A DNA stretch of 64,000 nucleotides from a virus (IMGVR_UViG_2541047596_000003); one strand, 5' to 3'. Counted from the first letter of the stretch, positions 18,806-31,170 are shown. Program-made: numbers and translations. Notes: generated by a model not told the origin, from the letters alone.

Positions 18806-21406
18806 ATGAGCACAAAACCACTCTTCCTGTTACGGAAAGCGAAAAAATCATCCGGTGAACCTGACGTCGTCCTGTGGGCAAGCAACGATTTTGAATCGAC
18901 CTGTGCCACTCTGGACTACCTGATCGTTAAGTCAGGTAAAAAACTGAGCAGCTATTTTAAAGCTGTTGCCACGAATTTTCCTGTCGTTAATGACCTGCCC
19001 GCTGAAGGTGAGATCGATTTTACCTGGAGTGAACGCTATCAACTCAGCAAAGACTCCATGACATGGGAACTAAAACCGGGAGCAGCACCAGACAACGCTC
19101 ATTATCAAGGCAATACCAACGTCAACGGCGAAGACATGACTGAGATTGAGGAGAATATGCTAATCCCAATTTCTGGCCAGGAACTGCCCATTCGTTGGCT
19201 TGCTCAACACGGCAGCGAAAAACCGGTAACGCACGTTTCACGCGACGGACTCCAGGCATTACACATTGCTCGGGCTGAAGAACTACCGGCTGTTACTGCC
19301 CTGGCTGTTTCCCACAAAACCAGCCTGCTCGACCCGCTGGAAATTCGCGAACTCCACAAACTGGTTCGTGACACTGACAAAGTTTTCCCTAATCCTGGTA
19401 ATTCAAACCTGGGACTGATAACTGCTTTTTTCGAAGCATACCTGAACGCTGACTACACCGATCGAGGACTGCTGACAAAAGAGTGGATGAAGGGTAATCG
19501 TGTTTCACACATCACTCGCACGGCTTCCGGTGCTAATGCTGGCGGCGGAAACCTCACCGATCGCGGCGAAGGTTTCGTACACGATCTGACGTCACTGGCG
19601 CGCGACGTAGCCACTGGCGTACTGGCCCGTTCAATGGATCTGGACATCTATAACCTTCATCCGGCACACGCTAAACGCATTGAGGAAATTATCGCTGAAA
19701 ATAAACCGCCCTTTTCTGTTTTCCGCGACAAATTCATCACCATGCCTGGCGGGCTGGATTATTCCCGCGCCATCGTGGTTGCGTCCGTAAAAGAAGCACC
19801 AATTGGGATCGAGGTCATCCCCGCGCACGTCACTGAATATCTGAACAAAGTACTGACTGAAACCGATCATGCCAACCCTGATCCGGAAATCGTGGATATT
19901 GCCTGCGGTCGCTCCTCTGCCCCGATGCCGCAGCGAGTAACAGAAGAAGGAAAACAGGATGATGAAGAAAAACCGCAACCATCTGGAACAACGGCAGTTG
20001 AACAGGGAGAGGCTGAAACAATGGAACCGGACGCAACTGAACATCATCAGGACACGCAGCCGCTGGATGCTCAGTCACAGGTAAATTCTGTTGATGCGAA
20101 ATATCAGGAACTGCGGGCAGAACTCCATGAAGCCCGGAAAAACATTCCATCAAAAAATCCTGTCGATGCCGATAAATTGCTTGCTGCATCACGTGGTGAA
20201 TTTGTTGACGGAATTAGCGACCCGAACGATCCGAAATGGGTAAAGGGGATCCAGACTCGCGATTGTGTGTACCAGAACCAGCCAGAAACGGAAAAAACCA
20301 GCCCAGATATGAATCAACCTGAGCCAGTAGTGCAACAGGAACCGGAAATAGCCTGCAATGCCTGCGGCCAGACTGGCGGGGATAACTGCCCTGACTGTGG
20401 TGCGGTGATGGGCGACGCAACATACCAGGAAACATTCGATGAAGAGAGTCAGGTTGAAGCTAAGGAAAATGATCCGGAGGAAATGGAAGGCGCTGAACAT
20501 CCGCACAATGAGAATGCTGGCAGCGATCCGCATCACGATTGCAGTGATGAAACTGGCGAAGTCGCAGATCCCGTAATCGTAGAAGACATAGAGCCAGGTA
20601 TTTATTACGGAATTTCGAATGAGAATTACCACGCGGGTCCCGGTATCAGTAAGTCTCAGCTCGATGACATTGCTGATACTCCGGCACTATATTTGTGGCG
20701 TAAAAATGCCCCCGTGGACACCACAAAGACAAAAACGCTCGATTTAGGAACTGCTTTCCACTGCCGGGTACTTGAACCGGAAGAATTCAGTAACCGCTTT
20801 ATCGTAGCACCTGAATTTAACCGCCGTACAAACGCCGGAAAAGAAGAAGAGAAAGCGTTTCTGATGGAATGCGCAAGCACAGGAAAAACGGTTATCACTG
20901 CGGAAGAAGGCCGGAAAATTGAACTCATGTATCAAAGCGTTATGGCTTTGCCGCTGGGGCAATGGCTTGTTGAAAGCGCCGGACACGCTGAATCATCAAT
21001 TTACTGGGAAGATCCTGAAACAGGAATTTTGTGTCGGTGCCGTCCGGACAAAATTATCCCTGAATTTCACTGGATCATGGACGTGAAAACTACGGCGGAT
21101 ATTCAACGATTCAAAACCGCTTATTACGACTACCGCTATCACGTTCAGGATGCATTCTACAGTGACGGTTATGAAGCACAGTTTGGAGTGCAGCCAACTT
21201 TCGTTTTTCTGGTTGCCAGCACAACTATTGAATGCGGACGTTATCCGGTTGAAATTTTCATGATGGGCGAAGAAGCAAAACTGGCAGGTCAACAGGAATA
21301 TCACCGCAATCTGCGAACCCTGTCTGACTGCCTGAATACCGATGAATGGCCAGCTATTAAGACATTATCACTGCCCCGCTGGGCTAAGGAATATGCAAAT
21401 GACTAA
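18806..21406 (+). CDS. recE: exonuclease VIII (RecE)
   Basis: 866 aa, the length of K-12 RecE; acidic linker and C-terminal nuclease domain; followed by recT with overlapping ATGACTAA. Confidence 0.9.
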   Translation: MSTKPLFLLRKAKKSSGEPDVVLWASNDFESTCATLDYLIVKSGKKLSSYFKAVATNFPVVNDLPAEGEIDFTWSERYQLSKDSMTWELKPGAAPDNAHYQGNTNVNGEDMTEIEENMLIPISGQELPIRWLAQHGSEKPVTHVSRDGLQALHIARAEELPAVTALAVSHKTSLLDPLEIRELHKLVRDTDKVFPNPGNSNLGLITAFFEAYLNADYTDRGLLTKEWMKGNRVSHITRTASGANAGGGNLTDRGEGFVHDLTSLARDVATGVLARSMDLDIYNLHPAHAKRIEEIIAENKPPFSVFRDKFITMPGGLDYSRAIVVASVKEAPIGIEVIPAHVTEYLNKVLTETDHANPDPEIVDIACGRSSAPMPQRVTEEGKQDDEEKPQPSGTTAVEQGEAETMEPDATEHHQDTQPLDAQSQVNSVDAKYQELRAELHEARKNIPSKNPVDADKLLAASRGEFVDGISDPNDPKWVKGIQTRDCVYQNQPETEKTSPDMNQPEPVVQQEPEIACNACGQTGGDNCPDCGAVMGDATYQETFDEESQVEAKENDPEEMEGAEHPHNENAGSDPHHDCSDETGEVADPVIVEDIEPGIYYGISNENYHAGPGISKSQLDDIADTPALYLWRKNAPVDTTKTKTLDLGTAFHCRVLEPEEFSNRFIVAPEFNRRTNAGKEEEKAFLMECASTGKTVITAEEGRKIELMYQSVMALPLGQWLVESAGHAESSIYWEDPETGILCRCRPDKIIPEFHWIMDVKTTADIQRFKTAYYDYRYHVQDAFYSDGYEAQFGVQPTFVFLVASTTIECGRYPVEIFMMGEEAKLAGQQEYHRNLRTLSDCLNTDEWPAIKTLSLPRWAKEYAND

Positions 21407-22208
21407 GCAACCACCAATCGCAAAAGCCGATCTGCAAAAAACTCAGGGAAACCGTGCACCAGCAGCAGTTAAAAATAGCGACGTGATTAGTTTTATTAAC
21501 CAGCCATCAATGAAAGAGCAACTGGCAGCAGCTCTTCCACGCCATATGACGGCTGAACGTATGATCCGTATCGCCACTACAGAAATTCGTAAAGTTCCGG
21601 CGTTAGGAAACTGTGACACTATGAGTTTTGTCAGTGCGATCGTACAGTGTTCACAGCTCGGACTTGAGCCAGGTAGCGCCCTCGGTCATGCATATTTACT
21701 GCCTTTTGGTAATAAAAACGAAAAGAGCGGTAAAAAGAACGTTCAGCTAATCATTGGCTATCGCGGCATGATTGATCTGGCTCGCCGTTCTGGTCAAATC
21801 GCCAGCCTGTCAGCCCGTGTTGTCCGTGAAGGTGACGAGTTTAGCTTCGAATTTGGCCTTGATGAAAAGTTAATACACCGCCCGGGAGAAAACGAAGATG
21901 CCCCGGTTACCCACGTCTATGCTGTCGCAAGACTGAAAGACGGAGGTACTCAGTTTGAAGTTATGACGCGCAAACAGATTGAGCTGGTGCGCAGCCTGAG
22001 TAAAGCTGGTAATAACGGGCCGTGGGTAACTCACTGGGAAGAAATGGCAAAGAAAACGGCTATTCGTCGCCTGTTCAAATATCTGCCCGTATCAATTGAG
22101 ATCCAGCGTGCAGTATCAATGGATGAAAAGGAACCACTGACAATCGATCCTGCAGATTCCTCTGTATTAACCGGGGAATACAGTGTAATCGATAATTCAG
22201 AGGAATAA
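21399..22208 (+). CDS. recT: recombinase RecT
   Basis: 269 aa from ATG 21399 ([14 protein letters not shown]...) overlapping the recE stop; ORF track start 21342. Confidence 0.9.
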   Translation: MTKQPPIAKADLQKTQGNRAPAAVKNSDVISFINQPSMKEQLAAALPRHMTAERMIRIATTEIRKVPALGNCDTMSFVSAIVQCSQLGLEPGSALGHAYLLPFGNKNEKSGKKNVQLIIGYRGMIDLARRSGQIASLSARVVREGDEFSFEFGLDEKLIHRPGENEDAPVTHVYAVARLKDGGTQFEVMTRKQIELVRSLSKAGNNGPWVTHWEEMAKKTAIRRLFKYLPVSIEIQRAVSMDEKEPLTIDPADSSVLTGEYSVIDNSEE

Positions 22209-22264
22209 TTCAGCCTGGCGGTGTAATGCACCGCCAACTTGAAATATTTTTTATGAGAAAAATT

Positions 22265-22459
22265 ATGAGATATGACAATGTTAAACCATGTCCATTTTGT
22301 GGTTGTCCATCAGTAACGGTGAAAGCCATTTCAGGATATTACCGAGCGAAGTGTAACGGATGCGAATCCCGAACCGGTTATGGTGGAAGTGAAAAAGAAG
22401 CACTCGAAAGATGGAATAAACGAACCACTGGAAATAATAATGGAGGTGTTCATGTATAA
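22265..22459 (+). CDS. ralR: restriction alleviation protein RalR (Lar)
   Basis: 64 aa MRYDNVKPCPFCGCPSVTVKAISGYYRAKCNGCESRTGYGG... Confidence 0.8.
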   Translation: MRYDNVKPCPFCGCPSVTVKAISGYYRAKCNGCESRTGYGGSEKEALERWNKRTTGNNNGGVHV

Positions 22460-22661
22460 AATTACCGCCACTATTGAAAAGGAAGGTGGCACTCCTACTA
22501 ACTGGACAAGATATTCAAAATCTAAACTAACGAAATCAGAATGCGAAAAAATGCTCTCAGGTAAAAAAGAAGCAGGCGTTTCCAGAGAGCAGAAAGTAAA
22601 ACTGATAAATTTTAATTGCGAGAAACTTCAGTCCTCGAGAATTGCATTGTATTCAAATTAA
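22452..22661 (+). CDS. ydaC: YdaC
   Basis: 69 aa from ATG 22452 (MYKITATIEKEGGTPTNW...). Confidence 0.6.
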   Translation: MYKITATIEKEGGTPTNWTRYSKSKLTKSECEKMLSGKKEAGVSREQKVKLINFNCEKLQSSRIALYSN

Positions 22662-22739
22662 AACTTCATAGCTGATTATTAATAATCAACATCGGGCGTC
22701 AATTTCAGTCTAACATTGGCGCCTGCCAGAGGTGATGCG

Positions 22740-22955
22740 ATGGCACAAGTAATCTTTAATGAAGAGTGGATGGTTGAATACGGCCTGATGCTTCGCACTG
22801 GTCTGGGGGCCAGACAAATTGAAGCATACCGCCAGAACTGTTGGGTGGAGGGCTTCCACTTCAAACGAGTATCTCCTTTAGGTAAGCCAGACAGCAAACG
22901 AGGGATTATCTGGTACAACTATCCAAAGATAAATCAGTTTATCAAAGACTCATGA
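22740..22955 (+). CDS. xisR: excisionase (XisR)
   Basis: 71 aa from ATG 22740 with SD GAGGTGA, immediately upstream of the integrase. Confidence 0.7.
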   Translation: MAQVIFNEEWMVEYGLMLRTGLGARQIEAYRQNCWVEGFHFKRVSPLGKPDSKRGIIWYNYPKINQFIKDS

Positions 22956-22956
22956 T

Positions 22957-24192
22957 ATGTCTAAATTACCAACAGGTGTCGAGATTAGAGGTAGATACAT
23001 TCGCATCTGGTTCATGTTTCGAGGAAAACGATGTCGGGAAACATTAAAAGGCTGGGAGATTACAAACAGTAATATTAAAAAGGCCGGAAATTTAAGAGCG
23101 CTGATAGTTCATGAAATAAACTCCGGTGAATTTGAGTATTTAAGACGTTTTCCCCAGTCCAGCACTGGGGCAAAAATGGTGACAACGAGAGTCATAAAAA
23201 CGTTCGGAGAGCTTTGTGATATCTGGACAAAAATTAAAGAGACAGAGTTAACAACAAACACAATGAAGAAAACGAAATCACAATTAAAAACACTCAGAAT
23301 AATAATTTGTGAAAGTACCCCGATATCACATATTCGTTATAGCGATATCTTAAACTACCGGAATGAACTGCTGCATGGAGAAACGCTTTACCTGGATAAT
23401 CCAAGATCCAACAAAAAAGGAAGAACCGTGCGCACAGTTGATAACTATATCGCCCTGCTCTGTTCGCTATTGCGTTTTGCGTATCAGTCGGGATTTATAT
23501 CAACCAAACCATTTGAAGGAGTAAAAAAATTACAGCGAAACAGAATAAAGCCTGATCCGTTATCTAAAACAGAATTCAATGCATTAATGGAAAGTGAAAA
23601 AGGACAGAGCCAGAACTTGTGGAAATTTGCCGTTTACTCAGGACTTCGTCACGGGGAACTGGCAGCTCTGGCGTGGGAGGATGTGGATCTCGAAAAGGGA
23701 ATAGTGAATGTCAGAAGAAACCTGACGATACTTGATATGTTCGGTCCCCCAAAAACAAATGCCGGGATCCGAACAGTAACACTACTGCAGCCTGCTCTTG
23801 AAGCACTGAAGGAGCAATACAAACTGACCGGGCATCATCGCAAAAGCGAAATCACCTTTTATCATCGGGAGTACGGCAGAACCGAAAAGCAAAAACTGCA
23901 TTTTGTTTTCATGCCCAGGGTGTGTAACGGAAAACAAAAACCTTATTACTCGGTAAGCAGTTTGGGGGCAAGGTGGAATGCAGCAGTAAAACGTGCTGGT
24001 ATTCGCCGCCGTAATCCGTACCATACGCGGCATACTTTTGCCTGCTGGCTGTTGACGGCAGGAGCGAACCCGGCATTTATAGCCAGCCAAATGGGGCATG
24101 AAACTGCGCAGATGGTGTATGAAATTTACGGTATGTGGATTGATGACATGAACGACGAACAGATAGCCATGTTGAATGCGCGGTTATCGTAG
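22957..24192 (+). CDS. intR: tyrosine integrase IntR
   Basis: 411 aa; C-terminal catalytic region with ...HTRHTFACWLLTAGANPAFIASQMGHE...; ends 52 bp before ttcA. Confidence 0.9.
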   Translation: MSKLPTGVEIRGRYIRIWFMFRGKRCRETLKGWEITNSNIKKAGNLRALIVHEINSGEFEYLRRFPQSSTGAKMVTTRVIKTFGELCDIWTKIKETELTTNTMKKTKSQLKTLRIIICESTPISHIRYSDILNYRNELLHGETLYLDNPRSNKKGRTVRTVDNYIALLCSLLRFAYQSGFISTKPFEGVKKLQRNRIKPDPLSKTEFNALMESEKGQSQNLWKFAVYSGLRHGELAALAWEDVDLEKGIVNVRRNLTILDMFGPPKTNAGIRTVTLLQPALEALKEQYKLTGHHRKSEITFYHREYGRTEKQKLHFVFMPRVCNGKQKPYYSVSSLGARWNAAVKRAGIRRRNPYHTRHTFACWLLTAGANPAFIASQMGHETAQMVYEIYGMWIDDMNDEQIAMLNARLS

Positions 24193-24243
24193 TTGCAAAG
24201 TTTGCCCCCAATTTGCCCCATTTAGTACCAGAGAACTGAAATA

Positions 24244-25179
24244 ATGCAAGAAAATCAACAAATTACAAAGAAAGAACAATACAACCTGAACAAATTACAA
24301 AAACGTCTGCGTCGTAACGTGGGCGAAGCCATTGCTGACTTCAATATGATTGAAGAAGGCGATCGCATCATGGTTTGCCTCTCCGGGGGTAAAGACAGCT
24401 ATACCATGCTGGAGATTCTGCGCAATTTGCAGCAAAGCGCGCCAATCAATTTTTCGCTGGTGGCTGTTAACCTCGATCAAAAGCAACCGGGCTTCCCGGA
24501 ACACGTTCTGCCCGAGTATCTTGAAAAGCTGGGCGTTGAGTACAAGATTGTTGAAGAGAATACTTACGGTATCGTGAAAGAGAAGATTCCAGAGGGCAAA
24601 ACCACTTGCTCACTGTGTTCTCGCCTTCGTCGCGGTATCCTTTATCGTACCGCAACGGAACTGGGGGCGACGAAGATCGCGTTGGGTCACCATCGTGACG
24701 ATATCCTGCAAACGTTGTTCTTAAATATGTTCTACGGCGGTAAGATGAAAGGTATGCCTCCGAAACTGATGAGCGATGATGGCAAACATATCGTTATTCG
24801 TCCGCTGGCCTACTGCCGCGAGAAAGATATTCAGCGATTTGCCGATGCAAAAGCGTTCCCGATTATTCCGTGCAACCTGTGCGGTTCACAGCCTAACCTG
24901 CAACGTCAGGTGATTGCTGACATGTTGCGTGACTGGGATAAACGTTATCCAGGGCGTATCGAGACGATGTTCAGCGCGATGCAGAATGTGGTGCCGTCGC
25001 ATCTGTGCGATACCAACCTGTTCGATTTCAAAGGCATCACCCACGGTTCTGAAGTGGTTAACGGGGGTGATCTGGCGTTTGATCGCGAAGAGATCCCACT
25101 ACAACCGGCGGGCTGGCAGCCAGAAGAAGATGAAAATCAGTTGGATGAGTTACGGCTGAATGTGGTTGAAGTGAAATAA
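24244..25179 (+). CDS. ttcA: tRNA 2-thiocytidine biosynthesis protein TtcA
   Basis: 311 aa with PP-loop SGGKDS and CxxC motifs; the known Rac integration-site gene. Confidence 0.9.
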   Translation: MQENQQITKKEQYNLNKLQKRLRRNVGEAIADFNMIEEGDRIMVCLSGGKDSYTMLEILRNLQQSAPINFSLVAVNLDQKQPGFPEHVLPEYLEKLGVEYKIVEENTYGIVKEKIPEGKTTCSLCSRLRRGILYRTATELGATKIALGHHRDDILQTLFLNMFYGGKMKGMPPKLMSDDGKHIVIRPLAYCREKDIQRFADAKAFPIIPCNLCGSQPNLQRQVIADMLRDWDKRYPGRIETMFSAMQNVVPSHLCDTNLFDFKGITHGSEVVNGGDLAFDREEIPLQPAGWQPEEDENQLDELRLNVVEVK

Positions 25180-25187
25180 TCAGGATA

Positions 25188-25259
25188 GCGCCCGATGCGC
25201 AAGCGTATCGGGCTACTCTTATGGAGGCCGGATAAGACGCGGCCAGCGTCGCATCCGGC
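25188..25259. repeat. REP/BIME element (two REP units)
   Basis: GCGCCCGATGCGCAAGCGTATCGGGC and GCCGGATAAGACGCGGCCAGCGTCGCATCCGGC, canonical E. coli REP palindromes. Confidence 0.6.
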
Positions 25260-25307
25260 AATCCCGAATAAGATGTTTACTCTTGCACCCGGCAATTCAA
25301 CATTTCA

Positions 25308-26681
25308 TTATTTTAATAACCGCACCCGGCACGTTTTTCCTTTAATCTTCCCGCCCTGTAACTGTTTCCATGCTTTATGAGCAACAGCCTGACGGACCGC
25401 GACATAGACATGCGCCGGATGCACGGCGATTTTGCCAATATCTGCGCCATCAAGCCCGATATCTCCTGTCAGTGCACCTAATACATCACCCGGGCGCATT
25501 TTGGCTTTTTTCCCGCCATCGATACACAACGTTGCCATTTCTGCTTCCAGCGTCGCAATGGAACTATTAGCTGGCGGCGTTTGCCAGTTAAGTTTTATCT
25601 GCAACATGTCAGAAATGATATTGGCCCGCTGTGCTTCTTCCGGAGCACAGAAACTAATCGCCAGACCGCTATTTCCTGCACGAGCTGTACGACCGATGCG
25701 ATGTACATGAACTTCAGGGTCCCACGCCAGCTCAAAGTTCACCACCAGCTCAAGCGATTTAATATCCAGACCACGCGCAGCAACATCAGTCGCGACCAGT
25801 ACACGGGCGCTACCGTTAGCAAAACGTACCAGGGTCTGATCGCGATCGCGTTGCTCCAAATCGCCGTGTAATGACAATGCACTTTGCCCTACTTCATTCA
25901 GCGCGTCGCAGACAGCCTGGCAATCTTTTTTGGTATTGCAAAACACCACGCAAGAGGATGGCTGATGCAAGCTTAATAACCGTTGCAACAGAGGAATTTT
26001 GCCTTTGCTGGATGTCTCATAAAATTGTTGTTCAATGGGTGGCAAAGCATCTGTTGAGTCAATTTCAATCGCCAAAGGATCGCGTTGCACTCGTCCGCTG
26101 ATTGCAGCGATGGCTTCCGGCCAGGTTGCCGAAAACAGAAGCGTCTGTCGAGATGCAGGCGCAAAACGGATGACATCATCAATGGCATCGCTAAATCCCA
26201 TATCCAGCATGCGGTCGGCCTCATCCATCACCAGCGTATTCAACGCATCCAGTGATACCGTGCCTTTTTGCAGGTGATCCAGCAAACGCCCCGGCGTTGC
26301 CACGATAATATGCGGCGCATGTTGCAACGAATCACGCTGCATACCGAACGGTTGACCACCGCACAACGTCAAAATTTTGGTATTTGGCAGAAAACGCGCC
26401 AGCCGACGCAATTCACCTGCCACCTGATCCGCCAGTTCACGCGTAGGACACAGCACTAAAGCCTGGGTTTGAAATAGCGACGCATCAATTTGCTGTAACA
26501 AGCCGAGGCCAAAAGCCGCCGTTTTGCCGCTGCCGGTTTTCGCCTGCACGCGAACATCTTTTCCGGCAAGGATCGCCGGAAGCGCGGCGGCCTGCACCGG
26601 CGTCATGGTTAAATAACCCAACTCATTAAGGTTCGTGAGTTGGGCGGGAGGCAAAACATTCAGGGTAGAAAAAGCGGTCAC
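25308..26681 (-). CDS. dbpA: ATP-dependent RNA helicase DbpA
   Basis: 457 aa DEAD-box helicase: GSGKT Walker A, DEAD box, SAT, HRIGRTAR. Confidence 0.9.
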   Translation of the reverse strand: MTAFSTLNVLPPAQLTNLNELGYLTMTPVQAAALPAILAGKDVRVQAKTGSGKTAAFGLGLLQQIDASLFQTQALVLCPTRELADQVAGELRRLARFLPNTKILTLCGGQPFGMQRDSLQHAPHIIVATPGRLLDHLQKGTVSLDALNTLVMDEADRMLDMGFSDAIDDVIRFAPASRQTLLFSATWPEAIAAISGRVQRDPLAIEIDSTDALPPIEQQFYETSSKGKIPLLQRLLSLHQPSSCVVFCNTKKDCQAVCDALNEVGQSALSLHGDLEQRDRDQTLVRFANGSARVLVATDVAARGLDIKSLELVVNFELAWDPEVHVHRIGRTARAGNSGLAISFCAPEEAQRANIISDMLQIKLNWQTPPANSSIATLEAEMATLCIDGGKKAKMRPGDVLGALTGDIGLDGADIGKIAVHPAHVYVAVRQAVAHKAWKQLQGGKIKGKTCRVRLLK

Positions 26682-26710
26682 AATCTATTCTCGTGGTCAT
26701 CGACGCAAAG

Positions 26711-26884
26711 TTAGCAGGCGCGTATCCTCGCAGATCTACGCTCACGATGCGACAATTTAATCGGTTCTTCATCGGGTGGTGGGTCAGGCATGGGTTGCGG
26801 GCGAGGGATCGGATCGGGCACTGGAACAGGATCGCCAGGAATCGGTTCAGGGACAGGAATTTGCAAATAAATAAGTGTCGTCAT
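26711..26884 (-). CDS. proline-rich small ORF (57 aa), uncertain
   Basis: MTTLIYLQIPVPEPIPGDPVPVPDPIPRPQPMPDPPPDEEPIKLSHRERRSARIRAC with SD GAGGG; below ORF-track cutoff. Confidence 0.3.
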   Translation of the reverse strand: MTTLIYLQIPVPEPIPGDPVPVPDPIPRPQPMPDPPPDEEPIKLSHRERRSARIRAC

Positions 26885-26941
26885 ATTTCCCTCTGGTCAT
26901 TGGGTGGACTCTTAAAGGGTAGACGCTGATAAATAACAGGC

Positions 26942-26969
26942 AAAAAAAAGCCGACTCATCAAAGTCGGC
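26942..26969 (-). terminator. rho-independent terminator downstream of zntB
   Basis: Hairpin AGCCGACT-CATCAA-AGTCGGC preceded on + by A8, giving a U-run on the minus transcript. Confidence 0.45.
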
Positions 26970-27158
26970 GTCGTACGAATCAATTGTGCTATGCAGTAAT
27001 TCAAAAAAGGAAGTAAGACAATATGGAGCGCAACGCCCATCGCTTGACGTTGCATTCACCTGCAAGAGAGATATTGCCCTGAATGGGTAGAGAGTTTATT
27101 GACTTCGCTCAAACTTTGCGGCGTTTTTGTATACAGACAGCCGGAAAAATTGCTTTTG

Positions 27159-28163
<1,005 letters not shown>

Positions 28164-28537
28164 TTATTTTGTAGTCTAGCCTTCTGGCCCTGTTACGCAA
28201 CATCTCATCACCCCATTACCCTGAAATGATTAATAAAATTCTGTCTAAATTGAATACAAAAAGCAAAATGCTTTTCCGTATACAAACCGTGTGAAGTGTT
28301 AAATAGCGTCTATCATTATCAGAATTATCTGATCATATGACGTGGCTTTTTTGCGATCGGATAGCAACAAAAATTGATAAAAATAACGGGATCTCAATGA
28401 TTACGCACAACTTCAATACCCTGGACTTACTCACCAGTCCTGTCTGGAATGATTAGTGTAACGAATAATCATTTATAAAACATAATGTTATGTTGTTTTT
28501 GATTTTAGTTTTTGATATTTGGTCACTATTTGGTACA

Positions 28538-28567
28538 CAAAAAGAAACGAGGCGTTAGCCTCGTTTC
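28538..28567 (-). terminator. rho-independent terminator at the prophage tail-fibre end
   Basis: Hairpin GAAACGAGGC-GTTA-GCCTCGTTTC; the minus transcript follows with a U-run. Confidence 0.45.
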
Positions 28568-28610
28568 TCGGCGATGCTTTCAACATCACCATGCTATCAC
28601 TGCCGCATCA

Positions 28611-28895
28611 TTAAGCCCATGCGCGGACGCCTGGATCTGGAACGATGAAAGGCTCAAGCTGAGAAATATCAACATCGTCACCAGTTATACGCACGTTGAC
28701 GTAATAACCTTTTTTCCCAATAAGTACAGGTGTCTCGCTTTCTGGATCGTCGAATACAAGGACAAAACCGATATCATCAATAAACACGGTTGACCAATTG
28801 GCATCCAGCCAGCCGCTATTAATCACAATGTCGTTGTATTGCTGTTTGTCAGTAAATTGCAAGCTAACGTCTTTCATGTTAACCACCTTAAACAA
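28611..28895 (-). CDS. hypothetical protein downstream of tail fibre (possible fibre chaperone)
   Basis: 94 aa, start overlaps the tail-fibre stop. Confidence 0.4.
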   Translation of the reverse strand: MFKVVNMKDVSLQFTDKQQYNDIVINSGWLDANWSTVFIDDIGFVLVFDDPESETPVLIGKKGYYVNVRITGDDVDISQLEPFIVPDPGVRAWA

Positions 28896-30684
28896 TTTCG
28901 CTTAATTGCGCATCAGTTAATGCCTTATGCCATACTCGAAAATTTCTAACATGACCAAATAAATGACGTTGTCCTGTCGTTGTCTGACCACCGATACGAA
29001 TAGTTGCGGAGCTTTGAATATAAGTCCAGGTTGTTTTTGTTTCGCTGCTTAACTTACCGTTACTGACTACACATGTGGACCGTTCGGACTTTACCCGCAT
29101 ACCAATAAGCATTTTTTCCAGCCCGGCATTTTCATTTATTCGTCGGTTTGAACCACCTATATCACAATACGGAAAACCGTCGTACCCACCTGATGAACCA
29201 AACCCCATTACGATCGCCGCTCCGGTTTGATGACCGCCGGTATCAAAAACACGCGGCGCTGCATTTGGCGTTTTATACCAGTTCTTATGTACCTCACAAA
29301 GAACCGTAAAAGGAAGATTATAAAGGTTATTCTTGATTGGGACTGTCACCATATCGCTTGCCCGCGTTGCTGGTGCCGACCCCGTAACAATAAAAGATGA
29401 TGCGCCTGCACCAGCCTCAATCTGTGGAGTGGTTACATCGAGACAATCCCCTGATGCCACCATCTGACCTGTATCCGGAGAATACTGGACGAAACCACCA
29501 ACCGTATTTTCTGTTGTATCTGCTTTTAATGTAGCCTCAAAAAATATCCAGCCAGTTGCATCATCCTTAACAGACCTTGCTGTAACACGGCTTGTCTGAC
29601 CTGTCTTGCTAATTATGCGGGTGGTAAGGTTCAGGTTTGCTGCTCCTATTGATGTCCTTACCTCCCCATCATAATGTTCAAATAAAATACGAACGGCGAT
29701 ATTATCAACTTCACTTTTTACCCGACAGGATATAGTTACATGCTTTTCGTCCCCTGAAGTATCAACCCCTCCGGCACTCGAATACAGTCCGATAATGGTA
29801 TGCGCTTTACTTGTACCAACAATCGAATCCTGTACGACAAACCGGCCATAATTAAACCCAAAACTATCTGTGCCTGTTTCTGTAACGTCCAGTGAAGTTG
29901 ACTTATTCCACTTCGAAGGGTCTGTACTGTTTATTAACAGGTTTGTGCGCGTCCCCTCAATCAGTAATCCTTCGCGTTCAAAACGTGGCTCATTAATACC
30001 AGCCACAGTTAAAACACCTGATTTGTTAATGTAAGTAGCAGTGCTTGCGCGTGAGAAAGAAACAACTTTATCTGATGATATTGTTTTTTCTTCCCCATTA
30101 ATGGTTACTTTTTTAGTACCAGGGCCGTAGCCCGTGATCATATCGAGAGAATCGTTAAACGGTATCCATACGTCCGGCAGCGGTTGCAAAACATACGCGT
30201 AAGGCTGTGCGGTCTGATTGGCGTATTCGTGGGCTTCGTCTCTGTATGTCTTAGCTGAATCGGCTGCGCTTGTCGCTGTTGTTGCAGCGTTGGTTGCAGT
30301 GGTAGCTGATTGTGATGCTAATTTTGAGGCTGAAATCACATCTTTGTTGTCGCTAAAAAATTCAACTGCGTCCGCTATTTCTGATTCTTTGCCCTGATAG
30401 TAACGCAGTGTTTCGGCGACATCCTGAGCAAGACCATCCACAGAGATCGAATCTGAAAGCAGGATGCTAAATTTAGTTCCAGCCGGAATAGCCGGACTTG
30501 CCGCAGGAGTTACCGACAAACTTGTTGCGCTTTTTACCTTTGTGATTGAAAAAATCTGCACCGGATCGCTAATGGCAATAAGAGTGCAACCCACTCTGAT
30601 CAGAGATAATGCGGCGTTGAATTCAGTCCCTGCCCCGGTAACTGTGTTTCCGCTAACAGCTATAGTGCCTGTTGTGTAAATCAT
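28888..30684 (-). CDS. side tail fibre protein
   Basis: 598 aa, Thr/Ser/Gly-rich, downstream of J. Confidence 0.7.
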   Translation of the reverse strand: MIYTTGTIAVSGNTVTGAGTEFNAALSLIRVGCTLIAISDPVQIFSITKVKSATSLSVTPAASPAIPAGTKFSILLSDSISVDGLAQDVAETLRYYQGKESEIADAVEFFSDNKDVISASKLASQSATTATNAATTATSAADSAKTYRDEAHEYANQTAQPYAYVLQPLPDVWIPFNDSLDMITGYGPGTKKVTINGEEKTISSDKVVSFSRASTATYINKSGVLTVAGINEPRFEREGLLIEGTRTNLLINSTDPSKWNKSTSLDVTETGTDSFGFNYGRFVVQDSIVGTSKAHTIIGLYSSAGGVDTSGDEKHVTISCRVKSEVDNIAVRILFEHYDGEVRTSIGAANLNLTTRIISKTGQTSRVTARSVKDDATGWIFFEATLKADTTENTVGGFVQYSPDTGQMVASGDCLDVTTPQIEAGAGASSFIVTGSAPATRASDMVTVPIKNNLYNLPFTVLCEVHKNWYKTPNAAPRVFDTGGHQTGAAIVMGFGSSGGYDGFPYCDIGGSNRRINENAGLEKMLIGMRVKSERSTCVVSNGKLSSETKTTWTYIQSSATIRIGGQTTTGQRHLFGHVRNFRVWHKALTDAQLSEIV

Positions 30685-30729
30685 CGCAATAACTCCGTTT
30701 TGTTAATTAACTAAACAATTCTACCATTT

Positions 30730-30745
30730 TGTGATCTGTGTTACA
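30730..30745. promoter_or_regulatory. CRP-like site TGTGATCTGTGTTACA
   Basis: TGTGA-N6-TTACA; overlaps a CCATTTTG motif at 30724-30731. Confidence 0.3.
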
Positions 30746-30881
30746 CTTTGGGCTTATACATAATGTATTTTTTGATCTATATCAACATACGAAATGATAG
30801 CTTCTGCGGTGATTTGCTCATCGGATGGGTGGATCATCACGAACAACAAATGACAGTAAAACAAACAGTAAGGTGAATACA

Positions 30882-31127
30882 ATGAAAAAACTAATTGTTG
30901 CTTGCATCTTATCAGCTCTGTCTTTTGGTGCTTTTGCTTCTGTAAATTCGACAGATAAGAGTGATGCTGGCACTGCTCAATATGGTGATACTGGCCTTGA
31001 TAACCAACGTTCGAGTTATTTCAATACTGACTCATGGAAAGAAAAACAACTACAAGGTAAAATTATTGACAGTGAATGTAATTTACCTATCCATTTTTCT
31101 GGTGTAAATGATGGGTGTAAAAAATAA
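30882..31127 (+). CDS. small secreted protein (antisense moron between J and the tail fibre)
   Basis: ATG 30882 with SD AAGGTGA; signal peptide MKKLIVACILSALSFGAFA; ORF track start 30825. Confidence 0.5.
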   Translation: MKKLIVACILSALSFGAFASVNSTDKSDAGTAQYGDTGLDNQRSSYFNTDSWKEKQLQGKIIDSECNLPIHFSGVNDGCKK

Positions 31128-31140
31128 AAACAATGCATAA

Positions 31141-31170
31141 AAAAAACGGGGCTTATGCCCCGTTTTTTAT
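31141..31170. terminator. bidirectional rho-independent terminator
   Basis: AAAAAA-CGGGGC-TTAT-GCCCCG-TTTTTT between convergent J and the moron. Confidence 0.6.

Larger units (their letters stand above)
1..24230. mobile_element. Rac-type lambdoid prophage (left boundary outside window, right end at integrase next to ttcA)
   Basis: Contiguous phage modules ending with recE-recT-ralR-ydaC-xis-int directly upstream of ttcA, matching the known layout of the K-12 Rac prophage. Confidence 0.8.

Noticed and set aside
19453-21304. Several minus-strand ORFs of 64-147 aa inside recE
   Set aside because: Antisense to a gene with a full-length match to RecE; no independent start signals.
26693-26929. 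Plus-strand 78-aa Arg-rich ORF between dbpA and zntB
   Set aside because: Antisense to the proline-rich small ORF and lacking an SD; composition looks like a chance frame in GC-rich spacer.
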